Virus record (IMG/VR): IMGVR_UViG_3300043119_000318
From: a virus
Taxonomy: Duplodnaviria > Heunggongvirae > Uroviricota > Caudoviricetes
Strand: one strand, 5' to 3'
DNA length: 64,000 nt
Positions within the stretch are counted from its first letter, which is position 1. Each line of letters starts with the position of its first letter. The notes under the pieces were generated by a model that saw only the letters and a list, made by a program, of their open reading frames with translations, had not been told where the DNA came from and searched no databases. This document shows positions 43,337 to 52,986 of the stretch, piece by piece. A program made the translations under genes and the position numbers.

Positions 43337-44835
43337 AAATTTACTTCCACTAACTTAATGTCGAATTGTTCTTCAGCATAGATCTTGTATCTTTCTGCTG
43401 CGTGATTTAGTGTGTGATTTTTATGAGACTTCCATTGAAGATTATCTGCAAGATCGTATAGGTTGCATGTTGTTTTACCGTTATTGAGACGGAGACCGCG
43501 CCCTATCGATTGCAGATTGCGTATTTTACTTTTGGTTGGAGATGCAAAGATAACATTTTGTATAGATGGAATGTTAATTCCTGTTGAGAAAGTTCCATAA
43601 GAAGCTACAATGATAGCATCTTCTTCGCTTTCGGTGATATGTCTGATTGCTTCTCTGTCCGCAGTATCTGTGCCACCATGTACGAAGAACACTTTTCGGT
43701 TCTTATGAACTCGATCCTGTATAGCTTTATACAGAACTTTGCCATGTTTCTCAACAAACTGGAATAGAACTAGCGTATTGCCTTTAGAGCTAACAGCTAG
43801 ATTGCGTATAAATTTATTACGTTCTGGATTCGAGACCAACCAATCCATTTCTTCCTGGTATGTTAGTGCTTTATTGGCTTTGCGAATTTCTTCGCTGTAC
43901 TTAAGAATCACACACGTTATATTTAGCTGGACCAATCTACCGGTGTCCATCAGTGCCTTGGTGGTAGTGACGCGATGCATTCTACCGAACACACCTTCAA
44001 GAACTAGACGATGAATCTTCTTGTTGTCTAAGGTGCCAGTGGTGCCAACACGATACCGAATGTTGTCCATTTTTTCCATTACGCCGATTAGCGACTTGGC
44101 TTTAAACTGGTGAGCTTCGTCTCCGAAAATAACATCGAACTGTTTGAACCATGCTTTTGGTTGTAGATAAATGGACTGCCACGTAGTGATAAGAACTGAA
44201 CGCGTGAAATCTTTAGTGAATCCGCTGTAAAGTTTTTGGCAGTTGTTTGCCACAGACCATTGATTCGCTGATGAATAATCTTCAAAGTCTGCATACAACT
44301 GCTCAACAAGAGAAGTGGTTGGCACTATGATTATACACTTACGCCCAGCTTGCGTGTGCCATCTCATAATGGTATAGATGATGAAAGACTTTCCAGAAGC
44401 TGTCGGTGAAAGAAGTAACGTGCGTTCTTTATTGAGTGCAGTTTGCACCGCTTCGATCTGATAGTCTCTAATCTCGATAGGTTTGCCGCGACCCTGTGGA
44501 TCTAAGGATTTGGCATAAGCAGATACCATCTTCTCTGTGATGCCGTTGTCTACAACCATAGGTGTTTCGTATCGCACTTCGTACTCATTACGTTGCGCGA
44601 ATTCTTCGACGTATGAAGTTAGTCCTACATACAATGTTTTTCTGACCGCATCATACAAGCGAACTTTGCCATCCCACAACCTAGCTTTGAACTTTGGTGT
44701 GAATTTGGCTCCAGGATATTCGTATGTAAAGAAGTCGCATAGTTCTTGTTCTATGCTTGGGTCAGAGAAAACTCTAACGTAAACTTCATCTAGTTTTTCT
44801 ATTTTGATCATGATCCTGCGAGGAACTTCTTCCAC
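43333..44835 (-). CDS. uvsW: UvsW DNA helicase (SF2, DEAH).
   Basis: Walker A SPTASGKS, GDEAHQF and the N-terminal FxxEYPGAKFTPKFKARLWDGKVRL resembling T4 UvsW. Confidence 0.8.
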   Translation of the reverse strand: MEEVPRRIMIKIEKLDEVYVRVFSDPSIEQELCDFFTYEYPGAKFTPKFKARLWDGKVRLYDAVRKTLYVGLTSYVEEFAQRNEYEVRYETPMVVDNGITEKMVSAYAKSLDPQGRGKPIEIRDYQIEAVQTALNKERTLLLSPTASGKSFIIYTIMRWHTQAGRKCIIIVPTTSLVEQLYADFEDYSSANQWSVANNCQKLYSGFTKDFTRSVLITTWQSIYLQPKAWFKQFDVIFGDEAHQFKAKSLIGVMEKMDNIRYRVGTTGTLDNKKIHRLVLEGVFGRMHRVTTTKALMDTGRLVQLNITCVILKYSEEIRKANKALTYQEEMDWLVSNPERNKFIRNLAVSSKGNTLVLFQFVEKHGKVLYKAIQDRVHKNRKVFFVHGGTDTADREAIRHITESEEDAIIVASYGTFSTGINIPSIQNVIFASPTKSKIRNLQSIGRGLRLNNGKTTCNLYDLADNLQWKSHKNHTLNHAAERYKIYAEEQFDIKLVEVNL

Positions 44836-45245
44836 TCGATACCATTTTTAATTTGCCACTCACGGGACTTGATTTGGCTCATGATTGATTCGAGAAAATA
44901 AACTATCGTGTTTAAGTACTCTAGTCTCATTTGAATTTTATTGAGATCGTCGTCGCCTGTGAGAAATTCATCCATCTCATTCTTGAGTGGTTTCACTCCT
45001 TGCCACTGTTCCCAACCTAAGCTAGCTAGGTCCTCGCGTGACATTTCCCCACGATAATAACGAAATTTGTTTTTGCGTAGAACGTTGTAGTCTGCCTGCA
45101 TTTTAATCTGCTGCAGCTTTTTGTTGATCAAGATCTTAATATATTTTGCGTGCAACTTGGGTGTTGCGGTTGATGCTTCGCCAAGATAATTATCATCTAT
45201 TGCGGAGTCTTTTTCCCATTCATCTTGTAATTCTTCAATATTCAT
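44808..45245 (-). CDS. uvsY: UvsY recombination mediator.
   Basis: MNIEELQDEWEKDSAID resembles T4 UvsY MRLEDLQEELKKDVFID. The length is similar. Confidence 0.7.
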   Translation of the reverse strand: MNIEELQDEWEKDSAIDDNYLGEASTATPKLHAKYIKILINKKLQQIKMQADYNVLRKNKFRYYRGEMSREDLASLGWEQWQGVKPLKNEMDEFLTGDDDLNKIQMRLEYLNTIVYFLESIMSQIKSREWQIKNGIEWKKFLAGS

Positions 45246-45272
45246 AATAACCTCACGAGTGATATAATCTAT

Positions 45273-45806
45273 TTATTCGAACTTATAATATCCATATTTG
45301 AAGGTTACGTTGCCGACCAAATACTGAACGTCGCTGTTGTCGGATTGAAACACTAATGAGTCTAATGCTATAGGAAACATATCAACAAACTGTACCGTCT
45401 TAACCACTCTGTTATTTGAACTCAAAATAGAAAGAGTACCATCAGAGTAGTTTTTAGCCAACTCTTTAATCAAGCCGCGCTGATCATCAGAGAAATATGT
45501 GACGTATTGTTCATATGATTGTGGAAATCCCAGTGCAGTCAACCAGTTAAAAATAGATTGATAGTTATGCATCTGTTCATCGACCAGAAATTTAACATTG
45601 AGTGTATCATATGTCAAAGTTTCACCTGGTATTGGTTGCATAGAAAATGGAGTTGCAAACTCTGGGGATCCTAAAGTCATTCCAGGAAGGTTCACTTCTT
45701 GACAAAAGAAAGAAACTTCTGGTAATTTTTCAATGGAGAACATGAACCCATTCGGTGAGAGTGGATTGATGTTGTCTGGTATTGGGCAGGTTAAAGTATT
45801 TCTCAT
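45273..45806 (-). CDS. Tail-tube-fold protein, gp3-like tail completion/terminator (by position after gp23) or a gp19 paralogue.
   Basis: The C-terminal QFVDMFP...VTFKYGYYKFE resembles the gp19 C-terminus. Position matches the cyanomyovirus order g23-g3-uvsY. Confidence 0.45.
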   Translation of the reverse strand: MRNTLTCPIPDNINPLSPNGFMFSIEKLPEVSFFCQEVNLPGMTLGSPEFATPFSMQPIPGETLTYDTLNVKFLVDEQMHNYQSIFNWLTALGFPQSYEQYVTYFSDDQRGLIKELAKNYSDGTLSILSSNNRVVKTVQFVDMFPIALDSLVFQSDNSDVQYLVGNVTFKYGYYKFE

Positions 45807-45810
45807 AAGA

Positions 45811-46407
45811 TTATTTAGGCACCTTTTCTAATCGTTTAATGTCTTTATAGTAACCACGAATACGAATTCCATTACCAAGAGCATTAATATTATATTTTGG
45901 ATTTTCTTTACACCAATTTGATAAATTAGTTACTTGTATCGTCGTGTTATTTTCGAATGTTATATCATAAGTTTCTGCATTCGTTTCAGAAGATCTAGCT
46001 CGTTGTTTCGCCGTCGGCGTGGCACCTAGCATTGGATGTTGCAATCCATCTGAATATTGTTTCTTTTTAGTTTCACTTATTTTTCTTTTTACTTCTTCTG
46101 AATGTTGTTTACCTAAAAAATTTGGGTTTATTCTACTTGGATTTAAATCACCGGTAGCAAACCCTACGCTTCTATTATTCCAATTCATACATAATGGATC
46201 ATCAATATATTTATTAATAGCGAGTTCTTCTGCTAAACACAAATCTTCAAATGATGTATGTTCAGATAAAATCTCTCTACTTAATTGAGATTTATCTTTT
46301 ATAGACTTTACCCATCTTCCAGAGCCGAGATAATTTTTTGAATATTTTCTAGAACATCTTCCGATGTAATATTTTCCGCTAGTATGTGTTGTTTTATATA
46401 TGAACAT
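45811..46407 (-). CDS. GIY-YIG homing endonuclease with NUMOD-type DNA-binding repeats (segD-like position next to gp23).
   Basis: GKYYIG...YLGSG and NPNFLGKQHSEEVKRKIS (NUMOD3-like). Confidence 0.65.
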   Translation of the reverse strand: MFIYKTTHTSGKYYIGRCSRKYSKNYLGSGRWVKSIKDKSQLSREILSEHTSFEDLCLAEELAINKYIDDPLCMNWNNRSVGFATGDLNPSRINPNFLGKQHSEEVKRKISETKKKQYSDGLQHPMLGATPTAKQRARSSETNAETYDITFENNTTIQVTNLSNWCKENPKYNINALGNGIRIRGYYKDIKRLEKVPK

Positions 46408-46441
46408 AAGTGTAAAGGTTATAAATCTATTTAGTTAAAAA

Positions 46442-46466
46442 AGGGAGAGTTTTAAACTCTCCCTTA
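46442..46466 (-). terminator. Strong hairpin downstream of capsid gene gp23.
   Basis: AAGGGAGAGttttaaaCTCTCCCTT (9-bp GC-rich stem). Confidence 0.55.
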
Positions 46467-46505
46467 AAATACAACTCTTAGTGGTTGTATTAATCAAATT
46501 TAATA

Positions 46506-47822
46506 TTACATTAAATTGGTTACGCGAACTCTACGGTAGTAGTAGTTCACGTTCGCAGTCAAGTTGTCTTGACCAGAAGTGCCGTCATCCAAGTTAACGA
46601 ATGGGTTAGCAACTAGACCGTAGCGAGTCTTGAATCCAATCTTAGGTTGGAAGCTGTTAGGATCAACAGCGCGAACCATTTGTAGAGGAACGTATGGGCA
46701 GTAGAAAATACCAGCGTCGAAGGCAGACTGACCTTTGTATCCGCAAACGAAGTACTGAGTAGCAGATACGTTTGCAGTATATGGATCAACATACACTTTG
46801 TACTTGCCGTTTAGAATACCAGCGAAAGTAGTAGAAGTGTCATCTACGTTCAGGTTGTTCATGCCGTTTAGAGCAGAAGAGTAATCAAGAACACCAGCCA
46901 TCGCCAATGCAGAAGCAACGTCTGCAGAAGTGATGATGAAGTTACCGCGTCCGCGACGAGTTTGCTGACCGATAGCATTTGCTTCACGTTCGATTTGGAA
47001 CATCAATCCCTTGAACTTTTCAACAGACCAACGACCGTTAGAGTCAACGTCCAAGTCGAAAGTACCAGCAGTAGCAACACCAACTGCAGCACCTGGCTTA
47101 GCAGTCTTGTATACAGTACGAACAACTTCACGGTTGATTTCAGCAAGGATTTCTGTAGAAAGAATGTTGCTTAGTTCACCTTCAGCGTCAAGACCATGAA
47201 CAGACTTCATGTCTTGTGCCAATTCGATAGAGTATTCTGCCTTCAAAGCACGAGTCTTTGCAGTTACAGAAGTCTTTTCGATAGAGAAAGCCATAGCACC
47301 GAAAGTACCGTCGCCAGAACCACCTTGACCTAGACGTTCTGCATCAGCAGTTGCTAGACCAGTACCAGTAGTTTCAGAACCACCGAAGTCATAAGTACCA
47401 GAGTGTACTGGAGATGCAGCGCCAGAGAAGTCTGTGTCAGCTTCGTTGAAAAGAGCTTCAGTACCACCTTGAGTGCTGTAACGGCTCTTCATAGCGAAGA
47501 TCAAACCAGTTGGCTGAGTCATTGGCTGAACACCAGCGATATCATAAGCGATAAGCTGAGGCATAGCACGGCGAACCAAGCTGATCAATACTGGGTCGAA
47601 CTTAGCAACACCACCAGTGTCACCATAAGAACCAACAGAGTTAGCTGGTGCAGCTTCGTGTAGTTGACCGAACGCATCAGAGTACTTACCTGATTCGCGT
47701 TGCTGGTTTTCTAGAAGAACAGCAGTTACTTCTTTACGATATTTGTCTTTGATTGGGGCAGAACCTTCGTGTTCTAGAACAGGTGCCCACTTTTTAACTA
47801 AGTCTTGACGATTTGTAGTCAT
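46506..47822 (-). CDS. 23: Major capsid protein (gp23 homologue).
   Basis: T4 gp23-like sequence throughout. Followed by a strong hairpin at 46442-46466. Confidence 0.85.
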   Translation of the reverse strand: MTTNRQDLVKKWAPVLEHEGSAPIKDKYRKEVTAVLLENQQRESGKYSDAFGQLHEAAPANSVGSYGDTGGVAKFDPVLISLVRRAMPQLIAYDIAGVQPMTQPTGLIFAMKSRYSTQGGTEALFNEADTDFSGAASPVHSGTYDFGGSETTGTGLATADAERLGQGGSGDGTFGAMAFSIEKTSVTAKTRALKAEYSIELAQDMKSVHGLDAEGELSNILSTEILAEINREVVRTVYKTAKPGAAVGVATAGTFDLDVDSNGRWSVEKFKGLMFQIEREANAIGQQTRRGRGNFIITSADVASALAMAGVLDYSSALNGMNNLNVDDTSTTFAGILNGKYKVYVDPYTANVSATQYFVCGYKGQSAFDAGIFYCPYVPLQMVRAVDPNSFQPKIGFKTRYGLVANPFVNLDDGTSGQDNLTANVNYYYRRVRVTNLM

Positions 47823-47835
47823 TTTATTTTCCTTT

Positions 47836-48861
47836 TTATTTGCGGTCTAGCATGCTTAAGTAAGCAGCCATAACTGGGTCAACAGATTTTGCTTCTGTCA
47901 GTGATTCAACTGGAGAGTCTGTTACTACAGAACTAACTCCTGCATGTTGTGCCTTGTTTGTGAAATAGTTTTCACGAATTGTCTGCACTTTCTTCTTAAA
48001 AGATTCTTCATTGTCATATGAAAGTTCTTCTACAAGACCAGTGAACTTCTCAACTTCTGTGTCGGTTAGACCTTCACAGCTTTCAGATACAATAGCCGAG
48101 CGAGTCATTTTACCTACAGAAGTGTGTAGTTCAACGTTCGCTGCAACTTGTTCGTTAAGTTTAGCTTCTAAAGATTCAACTTCTTCTTCTAATGCACCAA
48201 GTACATCAAATTTTTCTTCTGGAACATCGATATAATGTTCTGCGAATAGATCTTTCAATCCACCAATGAAGCCTTCTAAAATATCAGACTTCATACCACT
48301 TTCAAGGGCAATCTCATTCTGTTCAATCCACTGCTCAACTACGTAGTTGAGGTATCCATCAACCTGCTCAACAATTCCCTCTATATTCTGCGCCAGTTCT
48401 TCAGTAATTCTGGCTTCGAATTCTTCTTCGATTCGTGCAACTTCTTCGTTAACACGAGTCATGACAGCAGCTTCAAAAATGGTAGTAGCTTTTTCTCTGA
48501 ATTCTTCAGAAAGAGCTTCACCACTCATAAGTGCGTCGATATCTTCTTTAACACCTTTAACTGCAGCACCCTTACGCACTGGAGTTTGGTCACCAGCTTC
48601 AGCGCTGCTATTTGCTGGATTTGATTTCTTAGCAGTACCACCAGTAGCCTCGTCTTCGCTGTCCACATTGTTTCTAGCGTTATCTGGGTTTGGTGTTTCT
48701 CCACCGTTTGGTACAGTGTTCTTAGCTGAACGAATAGGTGCTTGATCGCCAGCGACTGCTCCATGTTTGCCTGAATCTGAGCCACCTTCGGCTCCGGCGA
48801 ATTTAGCTTCTTCTAGTTTAGATTCGGCTAGAATCGCTGCAATTTTTTGTTCGATTGACAT
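47836..48861 (-). CDS. 22: Prohead scaffold protein (gp22-like).
   Basis: Acidic, coiled-coil-rich and 341 aa. Lies between protease and capsid genes. Confidence 0.6.
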   Translation of the reverse strand: MSIEQKIAAILAESKLEEAKFAGAEGGSDSGKHGAVAGDQAPIRSAKNTVPNGGETPNPDNARNNVDSEDEATGGTAKKSNPANSSAEAGDQTPVRKGAAVKGVKEDIDALMSGEALSEEFREKATTIFEAAVMTRVNEEVARIEEEFEARITEELAQNIEGIVEQVDGYLNYVVEQWIEQNEIALESGMKSDILEGFIGGLKDLFAEHYIDVPEEKFDVLGALEEEVESLEAKLNEQVAANVELHTSVGKMTRSAIVSESCEGLTDTEVEKFTGLVEELSYDNEESFKKKVQTIRENYFTNKAQHAGVSSVVTDSPVESLTEAKSVDPVMAAYLSMLDRK

Positions 48862-48894
48862 CGTTGTTTCTCCTGTAACTTGATAGTTCTTAAT

Positions 48895-48902
48895 TATTTA
48901 TC
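48895..48902 (-). promoter_or_regulatory. Possible late promoter variant GATAAATA upstream of gp22.
   Basis: A 7/8 match to TATAAATA overlapping the gp21 stop, 34 nt before the gp22 ATG. Confidence 0.25.
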
Positions 48903-49551
48903 TGACTTTTCTCAGAAATTCTTGGAAAGCACGTAACTTTGCTTCCTGTAAATTTTTAGAAGATGCCTTTCTAATAGACATCTGGGCTTCTTCTATATTT
49001 TTCTGCACGTACTTTCCATCAACAAAAACCCACTCAAACCCTTCCATGATGCCTTTAACAAATGCATCAGGAGCGGATGGGTCGGCGACGATATCTGCCG
49101 CTGTTGACAGCATGAAGTCGTCTTGAACTATTTGGATACCTTCGTTATTAACTTTAAGTGATCCTAGTGCTCTGCTAGAAACGCCAAGGTTTGCGCCGCC
49201 ATCTAAAAGACCGCGAGCGATTTTTCCCATAGGTGTTTCAAGAATCTTTGCTTTACCAACCCAGTTTGTACCTTCTTTACGAAGAGAAGTGATCAAGTGA
49301 GACACACGATCTAAATTGATCGCTGGTGTATCTGGATGACCTAACTCGCCATAAGCACGATTCTTTTGAACGTAGTTTTCAGTGTAGCGTTTGACTTCAG
49401 AGTCCATAACGCTTTCTGGATACATACGTCCATTTCTGTTCTTTAATTCTGACTGAAGGAAGATGCCTTCGATGAAGTACTCTTTTCCTTTGCCGAGCTT
49501 TGACTCGACAATAAGATTGACGGATTCTGTTACTTCTCTAATGAGTTTCAT
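48898..49551 (-). CDS. 21: Prohead protease (gp21 homologue).
   Basis: GELGHPDTPAINLDR and LGVSSRALGSLK match T4 gp21 GELDHPDSPTINLER and LGVSSRGLGSVK. Confidence 0.7.
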   Translation of the reverse strand: MKLIREVTESVNLIVESKLGKGKEYFIEGIFLQSELKNRNGRMYPESVMDSEVKRYTENYVQKNRAYGELGHPDTPAINLDRVSHLITSLRKEGTNWVGKAKILETPMGKIARGLLDGGANLGVSSRALGSLKVNNEGIQIVQDDFMLSTAADIVADPSAPDAFVKGIMEGFEWVFVDGKYVQKNIEEAQMSIRKASSKNLQEAKLRAFQEFLRKVR

Positions 49552-49553
49552 GA

Positions 49554-50018
49554 TTAGACCTTATCTGGAGAACCAGAAAGTGTAGTGCTAGCACCAACAC
49601 GAGTTTCATCATCGTATGCACCGTATACTACAGTTTCGACCTTAGTAGACCAACCAGCAACTTTACGTAGAACAAGATATCCAACAGCAGCAGCGCCAGC
49701 AACAGTGATGACGATATCAGAAGTGTTGTTAACTGTGTCGCTAATGCCGTCTTGCGTTAAGTTGATAACTGGAGCGTTTTCTGGAGCACATGCCATAACA
49801 ACAGTGCTGTTACGTTTAATGGTCACTGCAGAAGTTAGCAGACCAGTACTGATTAACTTAACGATGTTAACAGTTGGGGTGTCTGAGTTTCTAGCTTGTG
49901 TACTAGCAGTGAGGTTGGCGATTGTGATCGTACCATCGGTTGAACCCGAAGCACCCTCAAACTTAATGACGGTTTCTTGGTTAGTATTTTTAATTGTTGT
50001 TAATGCGACAGCAGCCAT
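49554..50018 (-). CDS. Hypothetical head-module protein.
   Basis: A 154-aa Thr/Val-rich beta protein coupled to gp21. Position suggests a prohead core or decoration protein. Confidence 0.3.
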   Translation of the reverse strand: MAAVALTTIKNTNQETVIKFEGASGSTDGTITIANLTASTQARNSDTPTVNIVKLISTGLLTSAVTIKRNSTVVMACAPENAPVINLTQDGISDTVNNTSDIVITVAGAAAVGYLVLRKVAGWSTKVETVVYGAYDDETRVGASTTLSGSPDKV

Positions 50019-50019
50019 T

Positions 50020-50568
50020 TTATTCCTCTAGTTTTTGTAGAACATAAAGAAAGTTCTCTTTGGACTTTCTCATATGATCCACTATTTCTTCTTGGTCTTC
50101 CAATAATATATTTAGTTGCATTTGAGTAGCCTCACTAATTGCAACTACACTTCCATCAGAAAGTTTATAGTGTATTTTATTTTCAACAATACGATCAAGT
50201 TTGTTTAATTTGCGTATTTCATAAACAACTGGATCTAAAGTAAATAAATTAGAAGAAGCAAATTCGATATATGACTCTATTAAAGTATCAGTGATCTTAA
50301 CATTGTAATGTTCTTTTATTATATTCGCTATCGTATTATTATCGATCTCTTCGTATAACTCTTCAGTGATTTCTTGCTCTAGAATTTGTGATTCTTGTTT
50401 TAACTTAATGTATTTTCGTGCTTCTTCTAAAGACTTGAACTCAGTTTCTTCGTTATTAACTAAAATTAAATCTGAGTCAGTTTTCTGTATGGTATTTCCA
50501 TAAGAATGAATTGACTCAACAATCATGTGATCGTTGTTTAGTGATTTATAGAACTGAGAGAATTTCAT
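50020..50568 (-). CDS. Prohead core protein-like (gp68 position).
   Basis: Acidic 182-aa ORF between the portal and protease genes. Confidence 0.35.
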   Translation of the reverse strand: MKFSQFYKSLNNDHMIVESIHSYGNTIQKTDSDLILVNNEETEFKSLEEARKYIKLKQESQILEQEITEELYEEIDNNTIANIIKEHYNVKITDTLIESYIEFASSNLFTLDPVVYEIRKLNKLDRIVENKIHYKLSDGSVVAISEATQMQLNILLEDQEEIVDHMRKSKENFLYVLQKLEE

Positions 50569-50738
50569 TATTCTTGTTCTGGTTCTTCACTTGTATTAAT
50601 AAACATATTAGAAGCGATGTTGACTCTCATATCATCCAGTTTAGCAGAAATTTTATCTGCCATAACTTCTTTGAATGCCGCTTCAGTGTCTACCGCATCA
50701 TTGTTAACGATCGCGTGAATTAAATCTAATGTATCCAT
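50568..50738 (-). CDS. Small acidic ORF of 56 aa, not in the ORF track (gp67-like position).
   Basis: ATG at 50738..50736. Its TAA stop overlaps the next ATG in a TAATG arrangement. Translates to MDTLDLIHAIVNNDAVDTEAAFKEVMADKISAKLDDMRVNIASNMFINTSEEPEQE. Confidence 0.3.
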   Translation of the reverse strand: MDTLDLIHAIVNNDAVDTEAAFKEVMADKISAKLDDMRVNIASNMFINTSEEPEQE

Positions 50739-50744
50739 TTTATA

Positions 50745-52325
50745 TTATCCTTGTTTCTTAGGTGCTTGTTGCGGTTGGACTGGCTCGGGGTCAGGCTCCG
50801 CATTAGCCATTGTGTAATTTTGCATGGCAGCTTGCTGCACGCCAGCCATCATACCTTGATGATCACTATAATGTAGCTGATCTTCTTTCTCAGCTTCCAT
50901 CTGCTCATCGTTTTCTTTAATCTCTTCATCGTCTTGTCTTAGAACATTACGACGAATCCATTCATTGGAGTAGTACTTACCTACGTATGGATCTAGCTGT
51001 TGTAGCATTTGAATACGTTGCAGTAGAATCTCGTTGTCTTTTAGTTCAGTGAAGTAGTTATCTTTAGTGAAGCTGTAGCGAATGTTTTGTTTAATGCCAT
51101 CCCACTCGTCGGGTCTAATGATTCCCTTGGCAATTAACTGTACACGTAAAGCATCGCTGAACAAATGCGCAAACTTCTTACGGATTCTAGTAATGAACTT
51201 ATTGAACTTCAGTTCTTCACGAGTAATCTCAGTAGAACGTCCAAGATTAAAACCGCTAGTCTGTTGTAAACGACCAATAGGAACATTCAATGCTTGATAT
51301 AACTTCTGTTGGAAGTACTGAATATCTTGAATCTCACCAAGGTTTTGTCCACCAGGCAACGTAGTGATTTCAGTACCTTTACCACCTTCGCGTCGTGGCA
51401 TCCAAAAGTCTTCCATCATAGACAAGTGGCGACGGTCATCTCTGGTTTCACCAGTAGTTGCATCATACACGATCTTGTTGCGGAACTTATTCATGATATC
51501 GTTGACGTATTGTTCTGCCTTCAGCTTAGGAAGGTTACCGACGTCAACGTAAAAAATTCTGCGCTCAGGTGCGCGAGAGATACGATAGATAACAACTGCA
51601 TCTTCGATCATCTTTAACTGATTAACTGGTTTGATTGCCTTATGTAAGTGGCTCATCATCATACCAGTGTTTGCGTCCATCAATCCAGATGGGCAATATA
51701 GAACAGAATCTACAGCCAGCTTAACACCCTGCGTGGTCTGTTCAGAAATACCTTTATCATTGTATAGATAGTACTCTTCGATTTCTTTAATAACATCAAC
51801 ACCCTTTGGGCTGCGTTCTTTCTTGATGTTCTTAATCTTACGAATTTTACGAGGATCAATGAATCGTAGTTCGACGATACCTTGTTTGATGTTTTCTTCA
51901 TCGAGCAAGATGTTATAATAAATACGACCATCGATATACCATGACTTAAAAATCTCGTGTCCTTTTTCTTCAAACTTCAAAAGGTTCAACACGTTTTTGT
52001 ATTCTTCGCGAATCTTTTTCTTGATAGCGTCAGATACCTTTAGATCATCTAAATTTATTTCAATCGGTTGTTCATCATCAGAAGCGATTGCCTCATTAAC
52101 GATGTCTTCAATCGCTGCGTCGCAGTCAGCATATTGAGATGCTTCGCGGTATCGACGAATAAGATCGTTTTCATTTTTAATAATACCCTCGATGTCCATC
52201 ACCGTCCCGTAATAGGACGATGACGAACTCGTGAATACGGCAGTTCCGTCATCAGAAGTGGGAGTTATTACATTCCCAGCTTCTTTGACTTTCTTTCGTT
52301 GTATCTCAAAGCCAAATAATTGCAT
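50745..52325 (-). CDS. 20: Portal vertex protein (gp20 homologue).
   Basis: Size, position and gp20-like conserved central region. Confidence 0.8.
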   Translation of the reverse strand: MQLFGFEIQRKKVKEAGNVITPTSDDGTAVFTSSSSSYYGTVMDIEGIIKNENDLIRRYREASQYADCDAAIEDIVNEAIASDDEQPIEINLDDLKVSDAIKKKIREEYKNVLNLLKFEEKGHEIFKSWYIDGRIYYNILLDEENIKQGIVELRFIDPRKIRKIKNIKKERSPKGVDVIKEIEEYYLYNDKGISEQTTQGVKLAVDSVLYCPSGLMDANTGMMMSHLHKAIKPVNQLKMIEDAVVIYRISRAPERRIFYVDVGNLPKLKAEQYVNDIMNKFRNKIVYDATTGETRDDRRHLSMMEDFWMPRREGGKGTEITTLPGGQNLGEIQDIQYFQQKLYQALNVPIGRLQQTSGFNLGRSTEITREELKFNKFITRIRKKFAHLFSDALRVQLIAKGIIRPDEWDGIKQNIRYSFTKDNYFTELKDNEILLQRIQMLQQLDPYVGKYYSNEWIRRNVLRQDDEEIKENDEQMEAEKEDQLHYSDHQGMMAGVQQAAMQNYTMANAEPDPEPVQPQQAPKKQG

Positions 52326-52350
52326 TATGTTTTTGCTTCTTGAATACCTA

Positions 52351-52920
52351 TTAGACTGTTACGCTGATGTAAGAACCATCGCCGATAGTACCACCAGTAA
52401 CACCAGTGTTCCAGTAGTTGTATGTGAATGTCACAGTGAAGGTTTCAATCGCGTTTCCGTTCTCATAGTCAAGCTCAATAGTTCCAACTTCAGTTGGAAA
52501 TGCGTCAACGAATTGATATGATTTGATAACATCACCGTTACGGTCTAGCTGGTTAACTGTTAACTGAGCTTGATAATCTGCTGGGTTAGTGATACCGTTT
52601 GTGGTATTAACTTGTTGAATACCGTTAGCCCAAACTTCCATGGCGTTACGGATTGCAAAATCAGTATCGTTATATACTGTGATAGTCCATGGTGCGAAAG
52701 TGCGCTCGCCAGCAAAGTTTACTGGACGACCACGATACTGGATCGCGATGTTTTCGATTGTAGATGCTGGTAGTTGCGCTGCTTTACATAAGAACATCGA
52801 CTTCGTACCAACCATCGCTCCTGTTCCCACGAATGCTGGAAACCCTAACTCAACTCTAAACTGGTTGGCACGTGCGCCACCACCAGCCATCATTGATTTA
52901 AATTCTGAAATATTTGCCAT
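52351..52920 (-). CDS. 19: Tail tube protein (gp19 homologue).
   Basis: ANQFRVELGFP...FLCKAAQLPAS...TFTVTFTYNYWN aligns with T4 gp19 NLFQVEISYLG...FQCKATALPAG...TFEVTLALDYWE. Confidence 0.85.
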   Translation of the reverse strand: MANISEFKSMMAGGGARANQFRVELGFPAFVGTGAMVGTKSMFLCKAAQLPASTIENIAIQYRGRPVNFAGERTFAPWTITVYNDTDFAIRNAMEVWANGIQQVNTTNGITNPADYQAQLTVNQLDRNGDVIKSYQFVDAFPTEVGTIELDYENGNAIETFTVTFTYNYWNTGVTGGTIGDGSYISVTV

Positions 52921-52950
52921 TATTTTCTCCTTGATTTACTTATTTCGAAT

Positions 52951-52977
52951 AAAGAGGGAGACGAAACTCCCTCTTTA
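52951..52977 (-). terminator. Strong hairpin between the sheath and tube genes.
   Basis: AAAGAGGGAGacgaaaCTCCCTCTTT (10-bp stem). Confidence 0.55.
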
Positions 52978-52986
52978 ATTTCATTA

